Shown one piece after another: positions 27,236 to 39,646 of a DNA stretch of 64,000 nt (position 1 is the stretch's first letter; every line of letters starts with the position of its first letter). Source of the DNA: Lama glama (taxonomy: Eukaryota); contig CM052816.1 of NCBI GenBank assembly GCA_028534125.1, positions 41,666,001 to 41,730,000 on the forward strand. Reading direction: 5' to 3'. Position numbers and translations under genes: made by a program. The notes beneath the pieces were generated by a model that saw only the letters and a list, made by a program, of their open reading frames with translations, was not told the origin of the DNA and ran no database searches.

Positions 27236-27689
27236 TATTCAAACAATTGTACCCACTATCCAGGACAAAAAAAAATCTTCAGATGTTTAAGAACCTGAAG
27301 CTGAGTGCTCTTCTTCAGTCAAAGTTACACAATTTCTTATAATCCTGAAGTGTCGTTCCAGTTCAGATTTCATTCTTTCTCTCTCCCTATATTTGATGAA
27401 CAGACTTAAATGCCTTAGGCTCACTCACTGCTATTTCATAACGTCTCAGTTCACCCCAATCTCATGTGATGCAGAACTTAATTGAAGGATGTGGTAACAG
27501 AAAAATGCACTAGTAGAGAGGATCTTGAGAAACTATGAGATTTTTCAAAATAATAGTATTAGAAGTTGAGCAATAAGGAAATGATGACAGCAAAAATCAA
27601 AGTTCATTGATCAGGATACACCAAGAAAAGATAAATTTCTGCCTTGGTCCCTCTCAAAAGAGATGCTAAACTAATGAATCCAAGTAGTG

Positions 27690-28995
27690 GAGGTGTTCTC
27701 CACTCAAAGCTCTCTCTCCCACCCTCTCACCTTTGACAATTCTCTCCCAGCTCGGACTTTTACCCAGATGACTCCCAGGTGTACCTCTGTAGGCTTTGCC
27801 AGTTTCCCTGATCTGTCACATCCCACGTTTCCTCCAAATCTATGCTGGGTTTTTTGTTTTGTTTTATGTTCTCATTTTTTGTACAGGTAGCCCAGTGGCT
27901 CAGACTATAATCTTAGCTTGTACATTCACTCAGTTACCAATGCTGCAGATTCTAACTCTTGCATCCATGGACTTCATTCAATTCTCTATGCCAGTGTCTT
28001 GAATTAGGTCCTGATTGCTTCTTGGCATAGATTTCTAACCACCTTCCTTGTATACTGCCATTATCTGTCTCATTTAGTGCCTTCCCTTCTAACTTTTCTC
28101 TTTTTTCTTTTTTTTCCCCTAAAGTTACTATGTCCACAGTAACATATTCTGTTTCCTGAAGAGAAATTTTCATCACATTGCCCCCCTTCCAAGAGTCCAC
28201 ATTACCTTTGGAAGTGGCCCCCAAAGTTTGGATCTCATGGGCCAGTGAAATAAAAATACATCAGGGAGCCCAAAACAGTGTTGTCAGCTTTTATCTTGCC
28301 AAGTAAGAACATTAGAACTTCTTAACAAACTGCCATCTCTTCTTACCATCACTTCATTAATGCAATTGCAGTTAGTTCCAAATATCAGTGGAAAGATATA
28401 ATCCCAGAATAAAGGAAAGAACTTTAAATTGAATGCATTTTGTTTCATTAAACAAAAAAACTTACAAATCATCTTTATTTTTCTCATTTCTTCCCAATGC
28501 AGTGAAAACTTAAGACTTAAACCATCACTGGCCTATGGCCAGCTTTTGGGAACCACTGATCTATAGAATGAAGTGAAAGTTCTGAGTATCGCATGTGAGA
28601 CCCAAAGTAGCTGGCCTGAAGGAAACTTTAGTTTGTGTAAGCAAAATGTAATTACTTACTGTTTCACAGATGCATTTTGAAAATTCTCTTTTCCATGTCT
28701 CTCCCATTCTTTGTCTAAATTGTAGCCTTCTTGATTGCTCCCCATGCCATCCCCCTCAATTCTCAACCCATCCTTACTGAGAAACTGCTCACATGCTGTC
28801 TCTCTACCCACCATGGTAATTTTCTCAATCATAATTAATCTTTCCTTCTGTTCTGAGCTCCATTACACCTGAACTTCTATACCTTTTAAATTCTACTTGT
28901 GTTATAGCATTATTACTTATGCACAGTTTACTCTATGGGCAGGGACTATTTCTTATATCCATTAATATGCTGCATAGTAAATATCTGTGGAATTT
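27690..28995 (+). mobile_element. Fragmented L2 interrupted by a hAT element
   Basis: AGATGACTCCCAGGTGTACCTCT, CTATAGAATGAAGTGAAAGTTCT and CTCTATGGGCAGGGACTATTTCTTAT. Confidence 0.45.
28212..28558. mobile_element. hAT-Charlie non-autonomous element
   Basis: Imperfect TIRs AGTGGCCCCCAAA ... TTTGGGAACCACTG (Charlie-type CAGTGGTTCCCAAA). Confidence 0.55.
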
Positions 28996-29775
28996 GGGAA
29001 GAATTTGGTGACCTCAGTTTTACAGGAAATGTAGTTTTTAGAAGATATAAAAATAATACCAGTCATAGTGTCTCATCGAGTGTCAATGGATTAGTTACAG
29101 AAAACATTCCTATGCCAATGGAACAAGATACTACAGAGCTGAAGAAGCCAGACATCTGATCCCAAAGGGCCAACAGAAAGGAGAAGAAAGAGGGACAGTG
29201 ATCTTCCCAAAGGAAGGGCAGGTTTGTAATCCTATGGTTATTTCTGTCTGGTTGGCACTGGATGATGTGAGCTGATGGTTACTGAGGAGGTCATAACCGG
29301 GAGGCAGGTGGCCAGGTTTACCTTAACTGACTCGAAAGCCGACATTCCTATGTAGTCCTGCATGCAGATTAGGAGAAATGCCAAGAATAGAAGGTTGACA
29401 GGAAGACAAAAAAAAGTCAGGCCACATGGAATGGAATTAAAATAGAACAAAGCCCAAAAACCTTTTCTGGCAATTCATTTGATTCCAACACATTTATTCT
29501 GAAGGGAAAAGTGCTTTGTCAGTCTGATTAGGAAAGGATTAGCAGGTTAGAGGTATGTGAATGATATTCCTCCCCTGAATATGATATTCCTTGATTCTTT
29601 GTTCTGGTTCACAAGTAACAGTGTAGTGAGGTAAAGAAGGGAGAAGGGAAAAAGTGTAAATCCATCTATCAAAAGGAAATAAATTCAGAGCTGAGACCAT
29701 TTTTCCTCTGACACAGAAAAGTGCTAACTTTTTGAAATGCCATTGAATTGAAAGTCTTGTAGACTAGCAGAGAGG

Positions 29776-29848
29776 TCTGTCTATCCCTCTGTCTCCCTAT
29801 CTGTCTTGTCTGTCTGTCTATTTATCTATCTATCTATTTCTCATCTAT
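29776..29848 (+). repeat. Imperfect compound (TCTG)n/(TCTA)n microsatellite
   Basis: Read directly: TCTGTCTGTCTATTTATCTATCTATCTA. Confidence 0.8.
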
Positions 29849-30921
29849 TTTATGATTTGTACTTTAAGCAAACTTACCATCCCTCACAGTGAAATTCTAC
29901 AAGAGCAGGAAGCTTCCATGGTATTCATCTGAGTAAGATTTTTCTCACGGAATACTCTAATTTGGGACCTGCAAATAGAGATTGTGGCTGCCTCTAAGGT
30001 CCTGAATTAGTTGCACAGATGTTCAGAGGTGTGTCTGTCTGGCCAGTCTGCCACTGTGTATAGTGGAAAAAATAAATTTGAGAAAATTCTTAACATTTAT
30101 CTGGATTCACCACTGTGGGAGCAGAAGGCTGTGTAACAGTAATATTTACAGGCTATGGTTTCAAATACTGTGGTATGCTTCACTGTACTGGTGAAAAATA
30201 TTGACAGTGAACGTCATAATGGGTTGAGTAGGATCTGAACCAAGTCAGACAATTGAAATTCTAAGACAGCACATGTTTTTATGGAGGCCTCAGAGCTTTG
30301 TATCTAGATATCTTCCTTTCTATTGAATCAATAACTGTATATAATATTCATGCTTACTCCTAGATTCTTATTTTTCCATGTAAATCATTCAATGGCTAGA
30401 GTTAATTAAAAAAAGAAATGTAAACTGCATTCCTGGAAAATGCTCCAACTAATCATTTCTTATCTGTTATTTGGAATTAGTGTGCTAATCTTCAAGTGTC
30501 TAAATACATATGTGCCTAGATCATAACATGTGATTAGATTAATGTTTTTTTCCCACCTTAATAAGAGAAGGGTGAGCATACCCCAGGCAGGATGAAGGTA
30601 TCAAGTTAACACTACTGGCTGATGAATTTATCTGGAGTCTAATCAAAGCTGACCTCTCAATGACTCAGATGCTTTGCTTGAATTTTTGCGTTAGTTCGCT
30701 GATACAGCTCCCCTCAGAGGTCAACCACTGTTCATCTAATCAGCCAAATTGATAGGAGCAATGAAGAATCTCACTTCTTTAATCTCTTTGCCCATGAGAC
30801 CTACAGTACATGTTACGGTTCAAATTTTTTTAAAAGGGAAATTTTGGAATTGAGAATATCTATTTGTAAGCATTTTAATGAACCTGGAATAATTTTCTTT
30901 AGAAGTACAGTAAGCACCTGT

Positions 30922-31336
30922 TGTTATGGACTAAATGTCTGTCTCTCCCCGTCCTCCCCACAAATTTGCATGTTAAAGCCCTGACTGTATTTGGAGATGA
31001 AACCTCTTAATTAATTAAGGTTAAATGAGGTCATAAGGGTGAGGCCCTGATCTGATAGGACAAGATTAGTAAGATTAGCATCTTTATAAGAAGAGACACC
31101 AGACAGTTCTCTCTCACTGTCTCTTTTTCTGCAGACTCACAGAAAAGAGGTCATGTGAGCACACAGGAGGTGGCAGCTGCTTACAGGCCAAAAAACAAGG
31201 CCTCAGAATGAAACCTACCTTGCTGGCACTGAGACCATGGACTTCACAACCTCCAGAACTGTAAGAAATACATTTCTGCTGTTTGAGGCACTCAGTCTAT
31301 GGTATTTTGTTACGGCACCCTGAGCAGACTGATACA
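30922..31336 (+). mobile_element. ERVL-MaLR solo LTR (MLT1A-like), near full length
   Basis: TGTTATGGACTAAATGT...GTATTTGGAGAT...GGTTAAATGAGGTCATAAGGGTG...CCTCCAGAACTGTAAGAAATA...TATGGTATTTTGTTA...GACTGATACA. Confidence 0.9.
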
Positions 31337-31489
31337 TCTGGAAACTTGTATGAAATGTGAGAAAATGTGAAATTTGGTGACAAGAGGGGCTGTGGCACAC
31401 AATCAGTGTGGTAATAAAAATCTCAGGAACAACAGAAAAATCTCGGGAACTAGGGTCCTTGAGAACAATTTTCCTGTTATCCTCGTTTT

Positions 31490-31630
31490 GTCACCTCACA
31501 GACTTCAGTTTCTTCATTTGCAAAATTGGAACAATAATGGATTCAGCTTAATGAGTTTGATACAAAGATCAAGAGTTAATAGAGGCATGGCAGCCCTTAA
31601 GTGCTCAGTTAATATTAGCTCTTATTATTA
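31490..31630 (+). mobile_element. MIR
   Basis: CTTCAGTTTCTTCATTTGCAAAATTGG...AAGTGCTCAGTTAATATTAGCT. Confidence 0.55.
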
Positions 31631-33867
31631 TGACCTGAAAATAGGCAAAACATAGTGTCAACTTCATGAAATGAGAAGGGACAAATATTCTTACGACCCT
31701 AAGCTAAAACCACAAATGCTATGCTCATAAAAGATTTGTTATTCTGATTTAATAGTACAAAGAAAAATTAGGTTTTCTTTTTCTTTTGGAATTATACTGG
31801 TGGTAGAGATAGTTCATTCTTATAAAATTTTTTTTTACAGTGTACTAAAATAATTTTTTAGTGTAGGTTGTATAGTGTGTTTGATATTTAATAACATATT
31901 CCTTGTTCTGAATAATAATTATCTGATCTGATAACATGATAATCTTGAACTTACTGAAAATAACTCCTCAAGAGTGGCACTGAAGTCACACAGTAAGTTT
32001 GTAAATGCTGAGCATGTGGAGAAGGCCTCCTTTCCAATCAGTCATTGGGATGGTGATATTGTCAGTGGGATTAGAACTGGGGAGGAAAGAAAGTCAGGAA
32101 GACAGTGTGTCAGCCCCACTGAAAAGGCAAACCTGCAAAAGCCCAGAGTACGGTACCTAAAATTCTGTACAATGACCAGTCTAGACTTTTGAAGGAATGG
32201 ATCTAACAAAACTTCTGAAGCTCTGTCTACCTGGAAATTCAATTTTTTATTTCACAACTTGGCAAAAATCTACTGTTAGCAGAATTTAAAAATACAAAGG
32301 CCAGAGAAAGAGAAAAAATAGAAAGCCCATCTCTTCCATTTTCCCAATCACACAATTTGTGGTTGATGGTTAATCAAACATGACAAAAAACAGCTTTTGA
32401 TGTGGATCAGTGGCTGGATTTGTGGTTTATGTCTGCCTTGTACTTGTGGAACTGTTTCTCTAAAATTTTATTAGAAAATGCCCTTCCTAAGAAACTAATT
32501 AATTAAGGAAGGACCAGACAAATAAACTGTCATCCTCGGGATTGGGAAATACTGCAGTGAATGACATTCTTTAAGTGAGATCTGGGCACAGCCTGGAGAC
32601 TAGTGAATTACTTAAGTCTCTTCCACTCTGAAGACATGTACTTTGATTACTGTCTGGGGCTGTTGTAAAGGGACTCAGTTTACGGGATCTTCTCTTTTTC
32701 TGAGCCTTACAAGAGGCAAGAAACATTGGTCAGCATTTCTCACAAACTGAGTATATCTCCACCAATTATCACGGGTACAATTGACACCAAGCAATTTAGA
32801 GGAGAAACTAATTTAACCTTCAGGCGTTTCAAGGTGCTTTTAAACTACGTAATGTAGATTGAGATATCACAATGACCGACAGAGTATTATCAGCATCACC
32901 ATAGGAACCAGAAATGTTTTACCAAGTCCTAAAAGGATCTGACACATTTTCAAAAGACAAGACCCACTGATACCACCTGCTGTTAAGAGGTTTCAGTTCT
33001 TTGCTGTTATCTCTAGTCATCCTTGATCTTCATATTTTAATATTTGTTTCACTGGTAAGAGGAAGAAAGGTTCTTTTCTACTGCTCCATAGCTCTACTGT
33101 TTATCTCAGCCTAACAAATGCCAGTCGAGGTGAATGCCTATTTCATTTGGTTTCGGGTATGGCTCCAGTTCATGACCCTCTGAATACTAATAGGCCATCT
33201 AAAACTCTGTCTGTGAGCCAGGGACACTTAAACCTGGCATGGCAAGGCAGGCTAGAATCGGAAGCCAGACTCCTATTGTAAATATAAATGCATTTATTGT
33301 AAACATAAATGCTGAATTCTGGGCAATTGAGACCTTGAGGGTAGAAAGTCAAGGCCCTGTATTTCCTGCAGGCCATGATTCAGGATTCTGAAATGTATAT
33401 TTGTTTCACCCCCTATACTTTTTACGACCAAAATTGCAGGATCAGCTATGCTCTCCTATGAATTCAAAGAATCTTGTTACAAAAGGCAAATATTTTCCTT
33501 AGGGTGAGTAAATAAACATAATAAATCTGAGCAAATATCAGTTCATAACTCCTTTGGTGCTAAATTCCATGTTCTCTAAAACTCCTTGTGTTTGGGTAGA
33601 GAGGTTAACTTTTTTTTCCCCCCTCAGGCATTTTTTCAGTGAATTAAGGCAATAAAATTCACTCGACTGAGGTTTGATGAGGCTCACTAATTAGTCTACA
33701 GCCATTCTCCAGTCTGATTAAGGCTTCCTCGACTCTCTAACACTGCTCATCAGCCTCATCTGGTGAATAATGTGGGCAAACATCCCTCTGATGTGAGAAG
33801 TGACTCTGAGGTCAGCATTATTCAGACTCTTTTCTTCAGTGACACCAGTCTCTTTAGTTTTCCCCAA

Positions 33868-33975
33868 CCTTTTGTTCTGAAAAATTCCAAGCCTGCGGAG
33901 ATTCTGAATGAACAGCACAATGAACACCCACATACCCTTCATCTAAATTTCACAAATTTTTAATATTCTATAATA
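33868..33975 (-). mobile_element. Old L1M 3' terminal fragment
   Basis: GAAAAATTCCAAGC...CACAATGAACACCCACATACCCTTCATCTAAATT. Confidence 0.5.
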
Positions 33976-34964
33976 TTGTGAGCTCTCTATCAATCATCTA
34001 TGAAAAGATGGACATATGTGTGTGTTTATGTGTGCGTGTGTGTATATGTGTATTTTTAATGAAAAAATTACGCTTCTACTTATATGAGGGTATGAATAAA
34101 TGAAGACTTAAAAGGAGAGAATATACTCCATTACCTGCTTGCACTTAGGATTTCTGCAGAATCACCTTCCATCCATTTCTTACAAGGCACCAACTCTGCA
34201 AAAATTACATAGATTCACCAGATAAAGGGGCAATTTTATTAATATAAATTTATTTTATAATTTCAAGTTTATAGCATTGCTTATTATTAATTCAATTTGT
34301 GAGATACACAGGCCTGTTTTAATGAACATAGTAACTTGGTATTGGGATCTCTAGTTGGTATTTGCAGTCATATCAGTCTCAACACTCAACTTCTAGCTAA
34401 ATTTGACCTGGCTGCTCAGTGAGAAAAAGAATGTTGATTTAGATAAGTAATTGTACAAAGTAGCAGCTTATTGTGAAATCTCAAGATGCTTTTAATAAAC
34501 CTTTCTAGAAGCTTTAAAGAGATATAAATGACATTTTAAAATTTTCAGTTGCATGGGATAACAATATTTCAAAAAAAGCCTGCATTCCTTATCAACAAAT
34601 GCAAGTCAGACTGGAAGTAATCTCAACTTAAGATGATGGTTAGAGCTAATTATGATACAGGGTGATCAATATTGTATGGATTTACTTCTTGTTGGAAAAG
34701 GGACAAAAGATATACCTAAGCCTTGTTTGGCATGTAATTTAACTTAATCCACATTTGTTGTCATAAAAATGTATAGTGTTTGCTTGAATGGACAAGTATA
34801 GGCATGATTTTGAACAAGCACAGATTTAACTCCTGTTAAGTGTCAGTGCCATATGCAAATGTTTATGAAGAGAATACAGGAAAGCTCCACATAAAAGTAC
34901 AGAAAGCACAGAAAGACACTGGGCTGAAAGGTGTGGTGACTCACAGGCCCCTATTCCTTCTCTG

Positions 34965-35320
34965 CCCGCCTCTTTCCATGTCCCCAGCATGATTCCACCC
35001 GAGGGCCTCTTCTTCAGCTGGTCCTCTGCCTTCCTCCCCTCTTTCTAAGTCTTTACTGAACTTCCACCTTCTCAGACAGATCCACTCAAACCTCAATTCA
35101 TTTTGAGCCTCTGCTTAACTTTCCTCTGTTGCTCTCATAAAATTTTAATATACTATATAATTTACTTATTTTGGTTTATTTTTCTGCTACCACTACTAGA
35201 ATGTATATTTAATGCAGGAGAAAGATTTTTGTCTGTTTCTGTTTATTCCTGAATCCTGAGACCTTCAACTGTTTCAACATATAATATGCACTCCATGAAT
35301 ATTTGTTGAATAAATAAACA
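34965..35320 (+). mobile_element. L2 3' end (L2a-like)
   Basis: CACTACTAGAATGTA...TTTTTGTCTGTTT...GAATATTTGTTGAATAAATAAA. Confidence 0.7.
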
Positions 35321-35759
35321 TAACTTTTTTGAATAAAGATATGATTATTTTATATATAAAATTTACAATATACACTTTAAAAAGCAAAATTCAGATCAAA
35401 TATCTGCAAACCCTCTGAAGGACTTTATAGAAGTCAAGGGTTTTACATGCCCCGTTTGAACTCGGTTGCTAAAGACTTTGTTCTCATATTTCTAGAAGTT
35501 GAGTATTGTACAGGAAGCCCAGAAGTGGAGGGGGAAAAAATAAACTTCTGGCATCTTTTCAAAATGTTCCTTTGAAAAAAAAAGATATAACAAAATATAT
35601 CACTACCACATATCAATGTTCTCAACGTTCTGAATATTTTATTCAGTTCCAAATATAAACTTTTTTAAGAATGACTTTGTTTTTCCTTCCAAAACAATTT
35701 AAAGCAGCATCATTAAGAAATTAATATAATAGTTCCCTTTCTAAGCTTCATTTAAATTA

Positions 35760-35870
35760 TTAGAACTTGAAAAGGCCTTTAGTGGTCATCTAATATAAAT
35801 GCCTCATTTCCAGTTGAAAAAAGCTGAAGCTTCAAGAAGCTGTGTCTTGCCCTTAGTCATGTAGCTAATT
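35760..35870 (-). mobile_element. MIR/MIR3 fragment
   Basis: TTAGAACTTGAAAAGGCCTTTAGTGGTCATCTA...CTCATTTCCAG...CTTGCCCTTAGTCATGTAGCTAA. Confidence 0.45.
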
Positions 35871-37145
35871 TTTATACCTCATGGTGTCATTTAAAAATAA
35901 GACAGTGGCTCACCAGCACAGGAAGGAGGGCGTAAAGACAATATTGCACTAAAAAGACATGATCAGGTGTCCTGCTGCACCAGAAGGCCAGCCTTACACC
36001 CTGTTTGTCCAGATAAGGAGTCAGAGAATCCACTTAAACACTTTCTATCACCATTGCATTTAGGTTCACATAATAACTGTATACTCTTTAAAAGAGAACT
36101 TTTGACAAGGAATAGGGAAGAACACAAAACTTGTAACAAGAATTGGACTTTAAAAAGGAAGTATCGTGTAATTTTCTTTCTGTTGCACCAAAGAAATCAA
36201 TGCTGGTAAGACAGAATTAACAGCATGTCAGCAGATAAGCTCTTCAACATCCCCTGGTAAAATCTTTGTGCTGTGGAAGACAGCTTCAAAGCAGGGGAAA
36301 ATGTGGAGGAGACCTGAATATGATTTTGTGTAAGTGTGGTTTTAAAGATTAAATGCTTTTTGGTTTCCAGATTCTCATTAGTTTCATTTTTCAAAATATG
36401 TTGGAAAATAAAGATAAAACATGGTTTTTTATCAGTAGATCACCACTATGAAATTTTTGTTGGGCAGAAAATCAAATTTTTTTAAACAAACTTTCAGATC
36501 CAGATAATTATTTAATGTTATAAAACCCATTTTGGATATCCAAATCTTTTGAAAAAAAGCTAAAATAAAAACTTCAAATGAAGCGTAAGTTTTTGAAGAT
36601 CCAGTCCTCTTCATGTGTTGTCCTGACACAGGCCTCCCTGGAGTGTGTAGGAAAGTCCCGGACTACGGGGATGGTTGGTGAATGCAGTCATACCCAGATG
36701 TGTGGAGTGCATTCCTGTACTTGGTCTTTCTTTCTGTGTCATTAGCTAAGATCTTGTTAAATAAAAATAAAAATGCATTTTTGCTCATGTACTTAAGTAA
36801 TTTTTATATTTTCATGTTTGTTTATTTTAAATCCTAATTTTATTTTACCTGTCTATCTCCCCTCCCCCCAATTTCTTTTCCTTGGAAATTAAAAACAATA
36901 CACAAATAATATACAAAAATATACTAGTGATATAAAAAAATGTAACTGTACAGAAGAATATGGACAAAACCAAATATCCTCTCCTGGATCTTACTTTCTG
37001 TCCATCCCCACCACTATCCTCAAACCTCTCCATTCTCACTTCATTCTCATAAGCAAATCTCTATGCTACTTCTATCTTTTCTTCCAGTGGCTGAATTCTG
37101 AAATGGAAGTGAGAATGAAGAAAATATTAAAATAGATATTTTATA

Positions 37146-37355
37146 CCCTTGATTTCAAACTATACTACAAAGCTACAGTAATCCAAACAGTTTGGTCCAA
37201 CCTCAAAAACAGACACACAGATCAATGAAACAGAATAGAGAGCCCAGAAATGAACCCATACTTACATGGGAAATTCATCTGTAACAAAGGAGGCAAGAAT
37301 ATACAATGGAGAAAAGACAGCTTTTTCAATAAATGGTACTGGGAAAGTTACATGT
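37146..37355 (+). mobile_element. L1 ORF2 fragment, 5' part of an L1 split by an ERV LTR
   Basis: GATTTCAAACTATACTACAAAGCTACAGTAAT (DFKLYYKATV) and [19 protein letters not shown] in ORF 37250-37468. Confidence 0.95.
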
Positions 37356-37415
37356 TGCTGGGAAACAAGCTGCTGGAAAACAAGCCGCTGGAAAATGAAC
37401 AGCTGGGAAACAAGC
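37356..37415 (+). repeat. 4 x 15-bp tandem repeat at the LTR U3 start
   Basis: TGCTGGGAAACAAGC / TGCTGGAAAACAAGC / CGCTGGAAAATGAAC / AGCTGGGAAACAAGC. Confidence 0.92.
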
Positions 37416-38045
37416 CACACCTAAATTTCCATGAGCTTAAAATGTTATATTCACACTTGCTTGATTAAAATGCACATGCTTGCTTTGTTTTAATGTTTTA
37501 CACAGTAGATGACCTATAGCACGTATTATGCTAAAGAAAATTCGTGGTGAGCAATCCTGAGATTGACTATAAGGGCAAGAAGGAGGGCAGATACTTCCTT
37601 AGGGTAAAACAATGGATGGTCCTGGAAAGCCAGATCATCCATTAACAGAACTTTGTTCTGGCGTGAAAGCATGCGGTTAAGCCCAGGGGAAATATCTGCT
37701 ATCTCGAGATGTCCCTGAGGCAATAACAGGATAGATTTAGAAATTTTGCATACCCTGAGGAGAGTGACTGTCCCTGGAAGGGACAAGCCTGAAATTAATC
37801 AATTAATCAGCAAGCAGAACTTGGTGCTTATCGCATGGAATATCTAAAGCCTCTCTTCTTTGATCGCATTTTTTTCTGAGCTGTATACTCCTAATAAATA
37901 TGATGTTGATCAGGCTTTCAGGACTCTGGATCCATAAGATCTCGAGTCCCCTGGTCCCATCTTTGTTCTTTACTTTGTCTCTTTGTTTCTTAAGTCTTGT
38001 GTCACCCATCCTCAGACAGGGTCCTGAGCTGCGCTGGACGCAGCA
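37356..38045 (+). mobile_element. ERVK (class II)-like solo LTR, 690 bp
   Basis: TG...CA termini flanked by ACATGT (37350-37355) and ACATGC (38046-38051). AATAAA at 37893-37898. Pyrimidine-rich U5 ending GCTGGACGCAGCA. Interrupts otherwise collinear L1 ORF2. Confidence 0.8.
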
Positions 38046-38051
38046 ACATGC

Positions 38052-39645
38052 AAAAGAATCAAACTGGACTATTTTCTCATACCATGCACAAAATAAACTA
38101 AAAATGGATTACAGACTTAAATGTAACACCTCAAACCATAAAAATTCTAGAAGAAAACATAGGCAGTATGCTCTTTGACAATGGTCTTGGCAATATACTT
38201 TTGGATATGTCTCCTTAGGCAAATGAAACAAAAACAAAAATAAACAAATGGAACTACCTCAAACTAAAAAGCTTTTCATTATCAACAAAATGAAAAGGCT
38301 TTCTAACAAATGGGAGAAGATATTTGCAAACAGTGTATCTGATAAGGGGTTAATATCCAAAATAAAAGAACTCATACAACTCAACATTAAAAAGACAAAC
38401 AACTTGATTAAAAAGTGGGCAGAGGACCTGAACAGACATTTTTCCAAAGATGACATTTTTCTAACAGGCACAAGAAAAGATGCTCAGCATTACTAATTAT
38501 TAGGGAAATGAAAATCAAAACCACAATGAGCTATCTCCTCATATCTGACAGAACAGCTATTACCAATGAGATAAGAACTAACAAGTGCTAGCGAGGACGT
38601 GAAGAAAAAGGACTCCCTGTGCACTGTTGGTGAGATGTAAACTGATGCAGCCACTATGGAAATCAGTATGTAAGTTCCTCAAAAATTAAAAATTGAATTA
38701 CTATGCAATCCAGCAATTCCATTTCTGGGTATTTATTTGAAAAAAAATGAAAATACTAATTCAAAAAGATGTATGTGTCCCTATGTTCATTACAGCATTA
38801 TTTACAAATGCCAAGATATGGAACTAACTTAAGTGCCTATTGATAGATGAATGAATAAAGATGTACTATATATATATTTTATATACATATATATATATAA
38901 TGGTATATTACTCAGCCATAAAAAATAATGAAATCCATGCATATATGTATGTTCATGTGTGACTGAAGCATTGTGCTGTATACCAGAAATTGACACAACA
39001 TTGTACACTGACTACCTCAATAAAAGAAAATAATGAAATCTTGCCATTTGTGACAACATGGATGGACCCAGTAGTATTATTCTAAGTGTAATAAGTCAGA
39101 CAGAGAAAGACAAATACTGTATTATTTCACTTATATGTGGAATCTAAAAAGTAAAATGAACAAACATAACTAAACAGAAATAGTCATATATAGAGAGAAC
39201 AAACAGCTGGTTGCCAGAGGAGAAGGGGGTGGGGAGTTGAGAGAAATAGGTGAGGTAGATTAAAAGGCATAAATGTCCAGTTACAAAATAAATGAGTCAA
39301 CGGTATGAAATGTACAGTGTAGGGAATATAGTCAATAATAATGTAACATCTTCGTATGGTGGCAGATGGTAACTAGACTTATTGTGGTGATCAGTTTTAA
39401 ATGCACAGAAATGTCAAATTACTATGTTGTGCACCAGGAACTAACAAAGTGTTATAGGTCAATTATACTTGAAACACAACCAATCAAACTCATAGAAAAA
39501 GAGATCAGATTTGTGGTCACCAGACATGGGGACTAGAGGGAAAGGGGATTGGATGAAGACTGCCAAAAGGTACAAACTTCCAGTTATGAGATAAATAAGT
39601 ACCAGATTTGTAATGTACAACATGATAAACATAAATAACACTGCT
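38052..39645 (+). mobile_element. L1 ORF2 C-terminus and 3' UTR (laurasiatherian type), frameshifted
   Basis: ORF 38248-38496 [26 protein letters not shown]...[14 protein letters not shown] matches L1 ORF2, followed by canonical L1 3' UTR motifs (two GGTTGCCAGA/GGTCACCAGA units). Confidence 0.95.
38936..39026 (+). mobile_element. 91-bp 5'-truncated younger L1 3' tail with 14-bp TSD
   Basis: TGCTGTATACCAGAAATTGACACAACATTGTA..CAATAAAAG, flanked by perfect AAAATAATGAAATC (38922-38935 and 39027-39040). The host L1 reads through when the insert is removed. Confidence 0.85.
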
Positions 39646-39646
39646 C

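Noticed and set aside
37356..37415. 4x15-bp array as a CRISPR-like locus
   Set aside because: The units are directly adjacent with no spacers, they lie inside an LTR, and the DNA is mammalian.
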